From the IMG/VR virus record IMGVR_UViG_3300020045_007953, positions 1 through 29,733 of that record: 29,733 bases of DNA. One strand, 5' to 3'. This document shows positions 15,425 through 25,437 of the stretch, one piece after another (within the stretch, counting starts at the first letter, position 1; each line of letters begins with the position of its first letter). The translations under genes and the position numbers were made by a program. The notes under the pieces were generated by a model that saw only the letters and a program-made list of their open reading frames with translations, was not told where the DNA came from and did no database searches. Source of the DNA: a virus. Lineage: Duplodnaviria > Caudoviricetes.

Positions 15425-16417
15425 TTAGTACAGTAACCATGACGGCGAAATTGCAGCCGATGTAATTCCAGAAGTTGCTAAAGTTGCAGAAGGTACTGCC
15501 GTAACCGCGCTGGTTATATATCCTTCAATTTTATCAGTGTTTGCAAGCAGTTGCGAAAAAACAGTACTAGCCACGCCCTGATTTGTGAGCATCTGTGGAA
15601 CTGCTACAGGGCTTCCGTCGGATGTGCTGTAAACCCCAAACAGTTTATATCGGCCGGGTGCCAACACAACAGGCGCGGTGAATGCTTTCTGTGTATAAGT
15701 GTTTGCAGTTGCTTTCCAAATACTTGCATCGTTTGCCGTTTGTGCGATTGGTGTTGATATGGTTGAGCCAGATAACGAACAAAGGAAAAACCCGTTAAAA
15801 TTATCGCCGTTAAAATTCCCGGCTGTTGACATTCCATAACCCACTCCGGTAATTGTCATTTCCTCCTCAATATCAAACGTGGCCTGGTATGCTCTACCGT
15901 CTGCCATTGCTTGCGCGCCATAGAATAGGCTACTAACAGAAGCAGGCACAGCTTTTACGGTCGAACCGCCCTCCTGTAATGCGCGTAAAATAGGCGAACG
16001 CCGCGCTTTTGAAAACAATAAGGCACCATCAACAAAATCGGCATTATCCGTTTTTGCGTCAAGCTGCTCCTGAATTGTTTTCGAAGTGTCTATTCCAACA
16101 AGTGCTAACAGCTCTTCGGATGAAACAAGCCCGCTTACCCTAAAAAAAAAATTCGTTGCTAATTGTTCTATTAGGTCGGCGGCGTCGGTAAAGGTTAATC
16201 CTGATATGTCGGCGGTTTTTATCAGTATGCCGTTGTCGGCGCTTTGGTCTACTTTGTCGGTTATGATTATGTAGCCGTTTAGCCGGTCTTCGGTGCGCAC
16301 GTTGGCGGTGCCGTCTACCAGGTAGGTTTCTGATTTTTCGCTATCGATGGGCGGATTAACTACTTTTTTAATCAGTACTTTTGAGTTTATGCGTTCGAAT
16401 GTTACTGTAGTTGACAT
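15425..16417 (-). CDS. Tail-associated hypothetical protein
   Basis: 330-aa ORF in the tail module; beta-rich C-terminus; T10 tract at about codons 90-93. Confidence 0.7.
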   Translation of the reverse strand: MSTTVTFERINSKVLIKKVVNPPIDSEKSETYLVDGTANVRTEDRLNGYIIITDKVDQSADNGILIKTADISGLTFTDAADLIEQLATNFFFRVSGLVSSEELLALVGIDTSKTIQEQLDAKTDNADFVDGALLFSKARRSPILRALQEGGSTVKAVPASVSSLFYGAQAMADGRAYQATFDIEEEMTITGVGYGMSTAGNFNGDNFNGFFLCSLSGSTISTPIAQTANDASIWKATANTYTQKAFTAPVVLAPGRYKLFGVYSTSDGSPVAVPQMLTNQGVASTVFSQLLANTDKIEGYITSAVTAVPSATLATSGITSAAISPSWLLY

Positions 16418-16443
16418 GGCTATATTTTTATTGTAATATGTTT

Positions 16444-16908
16444 TTACTCAGCTACAAAAATGCTTATAGCGTTAAATTGTGCGTCGGTTAAATCTTCGGG
16501 TAATTCGTTGAAGGCTACCCGGTGCAGCTCTATGGTGGTTTCTTCTTCCAGAAATTCGTTTATCTGCTTTTGGTAGGCGGCTGTTTCGTCTTTCCATTCG
16601 GCGCAGTAGTCCCATTCCTGAATAAATTTTTGCTCTATTTCAAAGGCTTTGCGCGGGTCGGTTATGTTTTCAATTAATGGCTTTACTGCTTCTATTAACT
16701 GTTCTTTCAATTGGGTGTACCTCAACGGGGAAAGTTCTTTGATGGTGTTTTCTATTGCTTCGGCTTCGGCTTTTATGCGGGGTAAATTTTTAAACTTCGC
16801 ATAGCTTAATTTTGTTGATTTTACGCCATTAAATTCTACGGCCTCAACGCCTTGTTGTGGGTTACCTGCTAATAAATTACGGGTTTTAATTACTTCCAGT
16901 TTTTTCAT
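16444..16908 (-). CDS. Hypothetical helical phage protein
   Basis: 154-aa ORF directly after the tail fibre gene. Confidence 0.75.
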   Translation of the reverse strand: MKKLEVIKTRNLLAGNPQQGVEAVEFNGVKSTKLSYAKFKNLPRIKAEAEAIENTIKELSPLRYTQLKEQLIEAVKPLIENITDPRKAFEIEQKFIQEWDYCAEWKDETAAYQKQINEFLEEETTIELHRVAFNELPEDLTDAQFNAISIFVAE

Positions 16909-16919
16909 TGCTTTAGTTT

Positions 16920-19900
16920 TTAAGATGTTACGCCTTTTATAATTGCAAAGCCTATTACGGGGCTTTCGGTTTTGCTTGCTGTGCTTACATTAGAATATGT
17001 TATGGCGAACGAACCGGCTGAAACATTTGAAACTTGCACCAGATAGGCGCCGTTTGTTCCGCCTGAAACGTGGTTTACTATTACTAAGTCGCCGGCCTCT
17101 ACCTTGCTGTTGGTAACTGTAAACGTAGCCTCGGCGGCGGCGGCTAATGCTGCGCTGAATGTGGTTATTCGCCCGCAAAGTGTGTTTAATGTTACGCCGG
17201 TGGCTTTAGATGTGCCCTGTGTTTGGGTGCCGCCTGCGCCTGTTGAATAGCCTACCCCGCCGCCTGAACTTACCAGCCCGCCGACTGTAGATAGCAGCCC
17301 GTCTTTTGTTAGTGTCATTTTTTCGGCTAATGTTCCGCCGTTTTTTAATTGCCATACAAAACTTCCTGATTCGTTGGCCGATGTTATAGCTGTAGAAACT
17401 AGCCCAAAGCGCCCGTATTCTATATTCGAAGTATTGCTAGTGGCGTTATTTGTTGTAAATGCAATATGTACCCCTATTCCGTTTGCGGGGGTGCCTGTAG
17501 TAAAGCGGCTGGCTTCTATTGCGCATTGACTTGCATTTGTATTTGAATATTGCGCCTGTGCCTGAATTGCTGCGGCTCCTATTGATCCTACTACTATACC
17601 ATATCCGCCCCAGTTCATAATATTGGCAGCTCTGGCAGATGTGGTAACATTTATTTCAAACCCATTGTTTGAAGTGGATGTAGGGTAAATATATAAACTA
17701 CCTGCAAAACGTCCGTCGCCGGTTACCTGAAATAATTGCCCGCCTATTGATGTTGTACTACCAATTCGTACCTGGTCGGTAATGGTGGCGGGGGCTATCC
17801 AACCGCTACCTGTTTGCCAGTAGTTTGTGCCGGTTACTGTAATGTCGCCTGATCCTAATATCGTTGAGCCGTTAATGGTTTTTATGTTTGTGCCCGAAAT
17901 AAGCGTTGGCTGAAGCGATAGGTTTCCAATGCCGATCAGTGAGGTGCTATTTATTGTTTTTAGCTGGAGCGAAATAACACCACCGACGATTGAGAAATTT
18001 GTACTATTCAGATAACCAATCAGCGTAGTATTGTCATGAAATGCCACTTTACCCATATTTGAGTAAGCTTCATTCCAATTTGCTGAATTATCAACAATTG
18101 AAGTACCCCATGAACTTCCGGTACTAACCGCAATGCCCGCGCCTGGGTATATCATACTTGGCGTATAACTTGCACTAAATGTTAATGTATTTCCTGATCT
18201 GGAAATAGATATATTGGAGCCTTGACTGAATGTTACAGTATTGCCCTTTGCAATTGCTGCCGTCGTTCCTGAATTTGCCTGAATATTGAAGCTGTAATTT
18301 GTTGCTCCGGTTTCAATTCCTTCTAATTTCGTAAAATCAGAAGCGGTCATAAACCCGGCAACTAATGCGGTCGCATTACCGTGAGCCGTACCTGTTGCTC
18401 CTACGTGGGCAATTGGCGCATAAAGACCGGCATGGTTACCCCAGCCATAGGCCGTATTCCAATTGCTTGAATTATCGGTTATTGAAGTAGCCCATGCGCT
18501 TCCTGTGCTTTTAGCTAAACCGGCTCCCGGGTAAACCATTGTGCCGCCGCTTGCTGATATGGTAATGGTGCGCGGGGTGGCAAATGTTCCGGCTACTCCG
18601 TTGTCGGCTATGGTTATGTTTGTTCCGGCTGTAAAATTTATGTAATTGTCTTTTTCAACTTTTCTGTATGTGCTTCCGGTGCCTAACATCCAGCCTGAAT
18701 AGTTATCGAATGTGCTATTGTCGTAGCTTATGGTGGTGCCGCTTATTTTTACAAAGCCGGTTCCGCTTAATGGTGCCTGGTAGTTGGTGGCTACTGATAT
18801 AGTGCCGTCTCCGGTTACTGATACGCCGCTACCTATTTTAACGCCTCCTAATATTGATGCGGTGGCTACGGGCAGGGTGTAGCCTGATGTGTCGGCTGGC
18901 TTGTTTTTTATGTAGTCGGGGCTGGCAGGGTCGTCTTGTGTCCAGTCGGCCTGATAGGGTCTAAATCGGGTTACTCCGTAGTCGATATCGGTAATGTGTA
19001 TAAACCAATCTGCATCGAAATAGCCGTAAGGTGTTACTAATACATTTTCGATGTCGATTAATGAAACTTTTTTATCGACGTTTAGCGGGGTTTGGGTGCC
19101 GGTGGTTACTTTCTGGTTTGTGGTGGTGGGCTTGCCTGTTTTTTCGTCGAATTCTTCGGCGGTTTCTACGGTAAAACCATCGATGTATATTTCGGGCATT
19201 TGTATATAGGTGCCTTCTACGGCTCCCATGCGGTTGTCGTAGGTTATGCCGTTTTCGATAAAGTATAGCCCTTCTTCGAGTATGTCGGGAATTATTATGG
19301 CGAGGGTTGGCACCATATACATTAGCCTGATGTTGTATTGCTGGCGGGGGGCTCCCATCAGATTGACGCCGAGGCGGCCCAGCATTTCGACAAATGTGTA
19401 GGTGGCTATGCTTCCGGGTATTGTCCAGGCGCTTGTGTAGGTTTCGTCGGCGCGGCTTAATCCGTTGTTGTAGATTATGTCGGCGTTTGGCATGTCGGGG
19501 TAGTCGCCTATGGTGTAGGTTTCGTCGTCGGGCTTGTAGGTGTTGTTTGGGTCGTTTATTATTTTAAATGAGCGCTGCAGGGGGTAGTGTAGTGTTTCTT
19601 CGTTCAGTAATTCGAGCTTAACGGAGTGGTAACACGCCCCGGCTATTTGCACGCGGTTGGTAAATGCTACGTATAGCGTTACTTCTAAATTTCCGCTAAT
19701 TGGTAAGCCCTCAACGGTGGCGCTAAAATCTTCGAAATGGTCGGGTATTATGTCCCATTTCCATGCGGGTACATAGTCGAAGGTGTTGTAATATTTGCCT
19801 TCTACGTTGGTGTAAACGCCGTCGATGTTGTCAAATATCTGATTTGTTTTTTTGCGGGTGCTGGCTATGGTTATGCGGTCGTCGCCTAAGTCGGGGCTGG

Positions 19901-21131
19901 CAGGTTGCAGTTTCCATGTAAATAATGGATCTGTGTTGGCGGTGTATGGGTAGCGGCGCAAGTAGTATGTTTGGGTGCTTCCGACTATGCGCACGCGCAT
20001 AAATAGGGGGCAACTGTAGGAGGCGCCCATTAGTGCATATTTAAACGATATTTTAAAGGTTGATGCTGCGGCTGATATTTTTATAATGCGGCTTATGCTT
20101 TGGGTCATATCGCCGTAGCCGAATGCTTCGAGTGTTCCGGGGTATTGTTTGCCGGGCAGGTAGCAATATTTGTTTCCTTCGTTGTCTAAGTCGTGCTGTT
20201 CGGGTAGTATGCCGCCGTTGTTGGTCCAGTTTTTAAATGTTTCTGATTCCTGGTTGAATATTTCGAAGTCGCCATTGTTTATTAGGTTGTCGGTGTAGCC
20301 GTAGTCTTGTATGGCTATTTGCTGTTTGCAAGCTGGTAATATTTCAAGCTGTGGTTCGCCTTCTATCCAGTAGTCGGCGGCGCGTACTGATATGGTGGCG
20401 GTGGCTGGGCTTAGTACGGTGCCGTCGTATGCGTACCGGTGGTAGCTTATTGTAGGCATCTGAAACGAATTGTAGCCGATTATCCACCATTGGCCGAGGC
20501 GCTGAAATACGCGGCATTTGGGTAGTAATTGCTCTAGTAGTTCGTAGCTGTTTTGGTTGGCTAGTGGCTGGGTTTTGCGGTAGTGTACGTCGAGCGGGTC
20601 GGCGCCTGTGGCTTGTGCGCTTTCTTCCCATTCTACGCAGGTATTTATGGGCAGGTTTAGCCCTGTTTGCTGTAGGATGGTGGCTATTATTTCGAGTAAT
20701 GTTTTGCGGCTTTCTTCGGCTGGTGGTTCGGGGTAAATTTCGTTTTTCAGGTTGCCAAGCCCATCTACGGCGGTGGCTTCTACGCAGTAGTTGGCGGCTA
20801 TTAATGGTTCGTTCCAGTTTTCGGGTGCTATGAAACCGGACCAATCTAGCGCGCCGTCGTAGGTGTGTGTTACTTTGTATTTGCGGGCGTCGGATGTGAA
20901 CAAAAATAGAAATTCAAAATCGGACTCGGCGTAAAATTTTATTATTGCTTCGGAGCCGTAAATGCAGGGCAGTGGGTTTGATGTGTCGCCCCATGTGGTT
21001 TGTAACGGGCTGGCTCCTTCGAGCGTGCGGGTTATGTATGCGCCGGTGTAGTCGCGTTCGGATATGTCGATTGTGGATAGCTTTCCTAAAAAATCGTGGT
21101 GCTCTAATCGTATGCGTAGGCCGTAGCTCAT
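16920..21131 (-). CDS. Large tail tip / tail fibre protein
   Basis: 1403 aa after the tape measure; QADW...DYIKNKP, YTLPVATASILGGVKIG, duplicated YPGAG...DNS.NWN.AY and KTIN repeats. Confidence 0.85.
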   Translation of the reverse strand: MSYGLRIRLEHHDFLGKLSTIDISERDYTGAYITRTLEGASPLQTTWGDTSNPLPCIYGSEAIIKFYAESDFEFLFLFTSDARKYKVTHTYDGALDWSGFIAPENWNEPLIAANYCVEATAVDGLGNLKNEIYPEPPAEESRKTLLEIIATILQQTGLNLPINTCVEWEESAQATGADPLDVHYRKTQPLANQNSYELLEQLLPKCRVFQRLGQWWIIGYNSFQMPTISYHRYAYDGTVLSPATATISVRAADYWIEGEPQLEILPACKQQIAIQDYGYTDNLINNGDFEIFNQESETFKNWTNNGGILPEQHDLDNEGNKYCYLPGKQYPGTLEAFGYGDMTQSISRIIKISAAASTFKISFKYALMGASYSCPLFMRVRIVGSTQTYYLRRYPYTANTDPLFTWKLQPASPDLGDDRITIASTRKKTNQIFDNIDGVYTNVEGKYYNTFDYVPAWKWDIIPDHFEDFSATVEGLPISGNLEVTLYVAFTNRVQIAGACYHSVKLELLNEETLHYPLQRSFKIINDPNNTYKPDDETYTIGDYPDMPNADIIYNNGLSRADETYTSAWTIPGSIATYTFVEMLGRLGVNLMGAPRQQYNIRLMYMVPTLAIIIPDILEEGLYFIENGITYDNRMGAVEGTYIQMPEIYIDGFTVETAEEFDEKTGKPTTTNQKVTTGTQTPLNVDKKVSLIDIENVLVTPYGYFDADWFIHITDIDYGVTRFRPYQADWTQDDPASPDYIKNKPADTSGYTLPVATASILGGVKIGSGVSVTGDGTISVATNYQAPLSGTGFVKISGTTISYDNSTFDNYSGWMLGTGSTYRKVEKDNYINFTAGTNITIADNGVAGTFATPRTITISASGGTMVYPGAGLAKSTGSAWATSITDNSSNWNTAYGWGNHAGLYAPIAHVGATGTAHGNATALVAGFMTASDFTKLEGIETGATNYSFNIQANSGTTAAIAKGNTVTFSQGSNISISRSGNTLTFSASYTPSMIYPGAGIAVSTGSSWGTSIVDNSANWNEAYSNMGKVAFHDNTTLIGYLNSTNFSIVGGVISLQLKTINSTSLIGIGNLSLQPTLISGTNIKTINGSTILGSGDITVTGTNYWQTGSGWIAPATITDQVRIGSTTSIGGQLFQVTGDGRFAGSLYIYPTSTSNNGFEINVTTSARAANIMNWGGYGIVVGSIGAAAIQAQAQYSNTNASQCAIEASRFTTGTPANGIGVHIAFTTNNATSNTSNIEYGRFGLVSTAITSANESGSFVWQLKNGGTLAEKMTLTKDGLLSTVGGLVSSGGGVGYSTGAGGTQTQGTSKATGVTLNTLCGRITTFSAALAAAAEATFTVTNSKVEAGDLVIVNHVSGGTNGAYLVQVSNVSAGSFAITYSNVSTASKTESPVIGFAIIKGVTS

Positions 21132-21163
21132 GGGTTAATTGTAAATGGTTAATTGTAAATGTT

Positions 21164-21193
21164 GCCTTCGACTGCTTCGCGCTCAGGCGGCGG
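21164..21193. repeat. REP-like element
   Basis: GCCTTCGACTGCTTCGCGCTCAGGCGGCGG; identical at 23145 and 25816. Confidence 0.85.
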
Positions 21194-21197
21194 TTAA

Positions 21198-23123
21198 TTA
21201 CGTGCGGCGGTTGATGCGGCGCTCGGCTTTCTTGTTTAATATGTGTATTGATTCGGCCTTTATTATGGCTGAATTCATTATTTCTACGTTGCTGGCGGTG
21301 CCTCCTGAATTGTAGCCCATGCCTCTGTTTTTGGAGTGGCGGGGGTCGGAGCTGGTTAGTACTTCTTCGCCAGAGTTGGCGCGTATTAGTACGTTGTCGC
21401 CTGAAAAGCTGGTGCCGGGTACTACCCCCCCAAATGCAAATCCTTTTATGGGTGTGGCTAATGCGGCTATAATTGATCCGATGGTGGCGGCTAGTGCTAC
21501 CAGGTTAAACGGGAAGGGCAGTGACTGGCTGGCGGCTGTTCCTGATGCTATGGCCTCTGAACCTTTGGCCATGGTTATGCTGTTTGAACTGGCTACCTGT
21601 GCGGTGGTTAGTGCTGCTATTTGTGCGAGTAATGTGGGTATGAGGTTTAATATTGTGCCTACCATGCCCAAAAATGAGCCGGTCGTTCCGCCAATGGCGT
21701 CGCCTAACTGCCCAAATGAACCGGCTAAACTGTCGATTTGATCATTTTTAAAGTCGGATAGTTCTTTTTTGAACTTGCGTACTTTCTTGGTGTTTTCGTC
21801 GAGCATACCGCCCATATAACCTAACTGCCCTTTTTGACTACTATTTAATTCGTCGTTCGATCTTACTGAGGTGGCTGTTTTGGTGTTGGTTATTTTGGCG
21901 TAGCTGGTGCCTTTGCCTTCGAGCTGTTTGGCAATTTTACCGCGTAGTTCCATTTCTTTGCTCAGCTCGGTATTGGTGGCGGCTAAAAGGCTGTTAATTG
22001 TGGTTTGTACTTTTTTTGTGTTTTCGGCTGCTGAATTCTGGGCGCTCTGTAAATTTACATAGGCCTGAACCATTTTATTTAGCTGTTCGTCGGTGGTGTT
22101 TCCTGTTTTTACAAGTTCGGCGGCGTAGTCTTTTGTTGCTTGTGCTGTGGAGTCGATTTGCTGTTTTAATGCCAGTATTTCGGGGGTGTCGGCGTTTTGC
22201 ATGTACATAACATTGCCTAGCCCGTTAGTCATGGCTGTTTGATTTGCGGCGCGTAGCTCTTGTATTTGCTTTAATTGGTCGTTGTAGGCTTGTGCTCTTA
22301 CTTTAGCTTCGCTGTCCATGTCGGAAACTACCTGCATTAACTTTTCTTTGCTTAGTTTGGTTTGCTGGGTGGCTACCATTACTTCGGCGTCGAATGCGTC
22401 TTGTGCTACTTTGATGCGCCCGGCGGCTAATTCTTCTTCTATTTTTAGCCTTTCTTCTCCGGCGGCTATGCGCTCGGCTTTGCTTAGCTGTTTGTTTTTT
22501 AGCTTTATTTCGAGGGCTGTGGCGCGGGCTTGTGCGTCGGCTTCGGATATGCTTAGCGCGCGTGTTTTTTCTTCTATGCTGTCCATCATGTTGGCATATT
22601 CGCGGCCTACGGCTACGGCTTCTTTCATGTTGGTTAAGAAGTTTGACCAGTCGCCGGTTGCCAGGGTGCGCCAAAATTCGTTCATGCCTGATGTTATGCC
22701 GCCGGTAAATATTTCCCATTGTGTTGCCAGTGTGTCGGTGCTGTTTTTTATTTCGCTGAAAGCGTAGGCGGCCCCGGCTCCAATGGCTGCAAATCCGAAG
22801 GCTGGCAGTAATGTTTTTGCCATGCCTACCATTTGCCCTATGCCTCCGGCTGAACTTGTTGATTTGCCCTTAAACCGGTCGATTTCGCCGCTTACTTTTT
22901 TAATTTCGTCGCCTACTTTGGCGTAGTCTTCGGGCGATAAACTGCGCTTTTGTGCTGCTTTTAATGCGCGTAGCTGGGCTTCGAGCTTATTTAATGGGGC
23001 AGATACTTGTTTTTCGACTGTTTGCCCAAATTTTGCGGTGGTGTCTTGCGCCGATTTAAAGCCGGATACAAAGTCTTTGAGGTCGGTTATTAGCTTTACG
23101 CCTATTGAAATTTCTTTTGACAT
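21198..23123 (-). CDS. Tail tape measure protein
   Basis: Ala/Lys/Glu-rich helical 641 aa; C-terminal FAFGGVVPG...DNVLIRANSGEEVL. Confidence 0.85.
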   Translation of the reverse strand: MSKEISIGVKLITDLKDFVSGFKSAQDTTAKFGQTVEKQVSAPLNKLEAQLRALKAAQKRSLSPEDYAKVGDEIKKVSGEIDRFKGKSTSSAGGIGQMVGMAKTLLPAFGFAAIGAGAAYAFSEIKNSTDTLATQWEIFTGGITSGMNEFWRTLATGDWSNFLTNMKEAVAVGREYANMMDSIEEKTRALSISEADAQARATALEIKLKNKQLSKAERIAAGEERLKIEEELAAGRIKVAQDAFDAEVMVATQQTKLSKEKLMQVVSDMDSEAKVRAQAYNDQLKQIQELRAANQTAMTNGLGNVMYMQNADTPEILALKQQIDSTAQATKDYAAELVKTGNTTDEQLNKMVQAYVNLQSAQNSAAENTKKVQTTINSLLAATNTELSKEMELRGKIAKQLEGKGTSYAKITNTKTATSVRSNDELNSSQKGQLGYMGGMLDENTKKVRKFKKELSDFKNDQIDSLAGSFGQLGDAIGGTTGSFLGMVGTILNLIPTLLAQIAALTTAQVASSNSITMAKGSEAIASGTAASQSLPFPFNLVALAATIGSIIAALATPIKGFAFGGVVPGTSFSGDNVLIRANSGEEVLTSSDPRHSKNRGMGYNSGGTASNVEIMNSAIIKAESIHILNKKAERRINRRT

Positions 23124-23144
23124 GGTGCTGAAATGTTGAATGTT

Positions 23145-23174
23145 GCCTTCGACTGCTTCGCGCTCAGGCGGCGG
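23145..23174. repeat. REP-like element
   Basis: Same 30-mer, directly after the stop of 23175-23477. Confidence 0.85.
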
Positions 23175-23477
23175 CTATGTGTTTAAATTGCTGTTATTCA
23201 TTTGTGCCAGTTTACGGGCGGCGGCTTTTCGTTTTTCTTTTAGTGCGGCGTTGGCTTTGGCTTCTTTTTCGAGTTCGGCGCGTGCTTCGGCTTTTAGTTC
23301 GTTGTCCCATGGCAGGGGTAGTATTTGCCCGGTTAAGGCGCCGACTATGCGGCGGGTTTGCTCCCAGGGCTCACGATAAGCCGGTACAATGCTTTCGAGC
23401 TCCCGAAAATCCATATCAAACCAAAAATAAGGGGGAGCAATATGGGCGAAACCAACAGCAAGACTGAAAGCGTCCAT
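23175..23477 (-). CDS. Tail assembly chaperone, frameshift (T) portion
   Basis: In the -1 frame relative to 23345-23800 and open back to the A9 tract; YFWFDM...WEQTR...LPWD pattern. Confidence 0.7.
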   Translation of the reverse strand: MDAFSLAVGFAHIAPPYFWFDMDFRELESIVPAYREPWEQTRRIVGALTGQILPLPWDNELKAEARAELEKEAKANAALKEKRKAAARKLAQMNNSNLNT

Positions 23478-23800
23478 AACGCGAAAAAAGTTTTTGCCAG
23501 GCCTTTTTTTTTAGGTTCTGGTTCGGGTTTTGGCGCTTCTACGGTGCTGGCGTTGGCTGTCTGCAGGTCAATTAATAGTTGTGGGTGTTCGTCGAGTATA
23601 TCGATAAATTGTTCGAGTGTGTAGATAAATTCGGGGTTAAGTGCTTTTAGTGAGCAATAGCAATAGACTACATTGTCCCAGGTGCCGGTAATTTCTTCGA
23701 TTGATTTTTCGCTCATGGCTTCGAATAGCTTAATGGCGTACATGGAGAAACCTATTTTGTATTCTTTTCCGGCTAGTTCGATGGTGGTGCGGTTGTTCAT
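23345..23800 (-). CDS. Tail assembly chaperone (G portion)
   Basis: Between the major tail and tape measure genes; EPKKK encoded by an A9 slippery run. Confidence 0.75.
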   Translation of the reverse strand: MNNRTTIELAGKEYKIGFSMYAIKLFEAMSEKSIEEITGTWDNVVYCYCSLKALNPEFIYTLEQFIDILDEHPQLLIDLQTANASTVEAPKPEPEPKKKGLAKTFFALWTLSVLLLVSPILLPLIFGLIWIFGSSKALYRLIVSPGSKPAA

Positions 23801-23838
23801 TGTGTTTGTTTTTAGATTTTTAATTTTTGTTTAAATGA

Positions 23839-23863
23839 CAAAGGCGGCGCGGGGCCGCCTTTG
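23839..23863 (-). terminator. Hairpin after the major tail gene
   Basis: CAAAGGCGGC-GCGGG-GCCGCCTTTG, perfect 10-bp stem. Confidence 0.55.
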
Positions 23864-23882
23864 GGTAGGTGTGGATGCTGTA

Positions 23883-24386
23883 TTAAACGATTGGGTAAAC
23901 TGGGTCGATTTTAGCCCATGCGGTTGTTACATACTCTAAATATTCGAGCTCTAAACAACCCTGCATAGTGATTGATGCTTTTTGTAATTCGCCGTCGTTG
24001 GCGCCGAGCGGTGTTTTCAGTAGTACGGTGCCGCGGTATGCCGGGCGGGTGGTGTCGATGTCGCCGTCGGCATCGACAAAGGCAAAGAAAATAGTGGGTT
24101 TGTATTTGGCTTTGCGCATTACGGCAATTTCGGCGTAGTCTACTTCGTTGGCGTCGGTGTCGGCGGGCACTAACATGTCGAGCGTGGCGCTCCATCGTTC
24201 GCGGCCATACTGGTAGTTCGCAAACTGCCCGTTATTTTTACTGGTGCTTTCGAGCTGGTCGGAGTCGTCGGATATTGCGCAGTTGGTTTGACTGGCAAAT
24301 GGCCTGTATGTTTTTACTGTAGTGCCTTCTTCTAAAAAGGCCCAAAGGTCGGTGCCTTCTGCTATTACTCTGTTTGAATGTGCCAT
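23883..24386 (-). CDS. Major tail (tube) protein
   Basis: ESTSK...G...WS...SITMQG.G-like tube motifs; gene position. Confidence 0.8.
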   Translation of the reverse strand: MAHSNRVIAEGTDLWAFLEEGTTVKTYRPFASQTNCAISDDSDQLESTSKNNGQFANYQYGRERWSATLDMLVPADTDANEVDYAEIAVMRKAKYKPTIFFAFVDADGDIDTTRPAYRGTVLLKTPLGANDGELQKASITMQGCLELEYLEYVTTAWAKIDPVYPIV

Positions 24387-24416
24387 TTTTATAAATTGTT
24401 AATTGTTAATTGTTAA

Positions 24417-24824
24417 TTAATAATAAGCGGTGCGGATGTTGAAAATTAGCTTGTGCCCGTACATGTTTACTGGTGTGAATTCGTATTCGTCTTCGATTGA
24501 TTTAACGCGGTCGATCCTGAATTCGATGTTTTTAAATGTGCCGCGCTGGCGTTCTAAGGCGTTACGGAGTGCCAGTGCTATTGTCCAGCTTTTTTCGTAT
24601 CCTTTGGCTATGGTTAAGAACGTTAGTATGTGGTCTTGTGCTACTGGCCCGTTTTTGGTGTGCACCGGATACATTACTACACTGTAATATATTGCCGCTA
24701 ATTGTGTTTCGGATTGTTCGGGTATGTCGATAATTGGGTAGATGCGGTCGTCGACTATTGCGGCTAATGCGGTGGCTTCGGTGGTGGCTCCTGTGAGTAT
24801 GTCTATTATTGCTTTTGAGATCAT
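24417..24824 (-). CDS. Tail completion/terminator protein
   Basis: LAAIVDDRIYP...IALALRNALE; gene position. Confidence 0.75.
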   Translation of the reverse strand: MISKAIIDILTGATTEATALAAIVDDRIYPIIDIPEQSETQLAAIYYSVVMYPVHTKNGPVAQDHILTFLTIAKGYEKSWTIALALRNALERQRGTFKNIEFRIDRVKSIEDEYEFTPVNMYGHKLIFNIRTAYY

Positions 24825-24894
24825 GGCGGCTGAAATGTTAAATGTTGAATTATAAATCTTGAATCTTGTGTCTTGTATCTTGTATCTTGAATTA

Positions 24895-25371
24895 TTACAT
24901 TTTGCTTTGTATGAGGTTTTCGAGGCGTGTTATCATGCTGTCGCGTAGCTGGTCGGTTACTTTTAATTCGGTGTTTTGTACTGAGTCGGTGAAAAAGTTT
25001 GTAGCTACCAGTCGCCCGCGGTTGTATCCTTTGCGGGTTTGGCGGTTGGCTGTTCCGGCGTCGATTAAATGGCCGTGAAACCCCCTAAATGGCCGGTATT
25101 TTCGGGCGCCTACTTTGGCGGTTACAAAATTGCTGTTGCCTTTCTTTTTGTCGGGCACAAAGCCGAGCGAGTTATATAAATTCATGGTACGCGAACGGCG
25201 TTTCAGTTTGCGCACTAATTGGCCTTTCGACTCGCTGATTAGTGGCTCGGTGGCTTCCTGGTAGGCGTCTTGTACTAGCTGGTATTTTTCGGCGCGGCTG
25301 AGTGAACGAAAAAAGGCTTCTAGTTTTTCGTCTCCAAACATTTGTGCAGATTCTCGTCCTTTCAAAGCCAT
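24895..25371 (-). CDS. HK97 gp10-like neck protein
   Basis: HGHLIDAGT..R...RG motif; gene position. Confidence 0.75.
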   Translation of the reverse strand: MALKGRESAQMFGDEKLEAFFRSLSRAEKYQLVQDAYQEATEPLISESKGQLVRKLKRRSRTMNLYNSLGFVPDKKKGNSNFVTAKVGARKYRPFRGFHGHLIDAGTANRQTRKGYNRGRLVATNFFTDSVQNTELKVTDQLRDSMITRLENLIQSKM

Positions 25372-25437
25372 GTTTAATTGTAAATGTTGAATGTTGAATT
25401 GTAAATCTTGTGTCTTGAATCTTGTGTCTTGTGTCTA

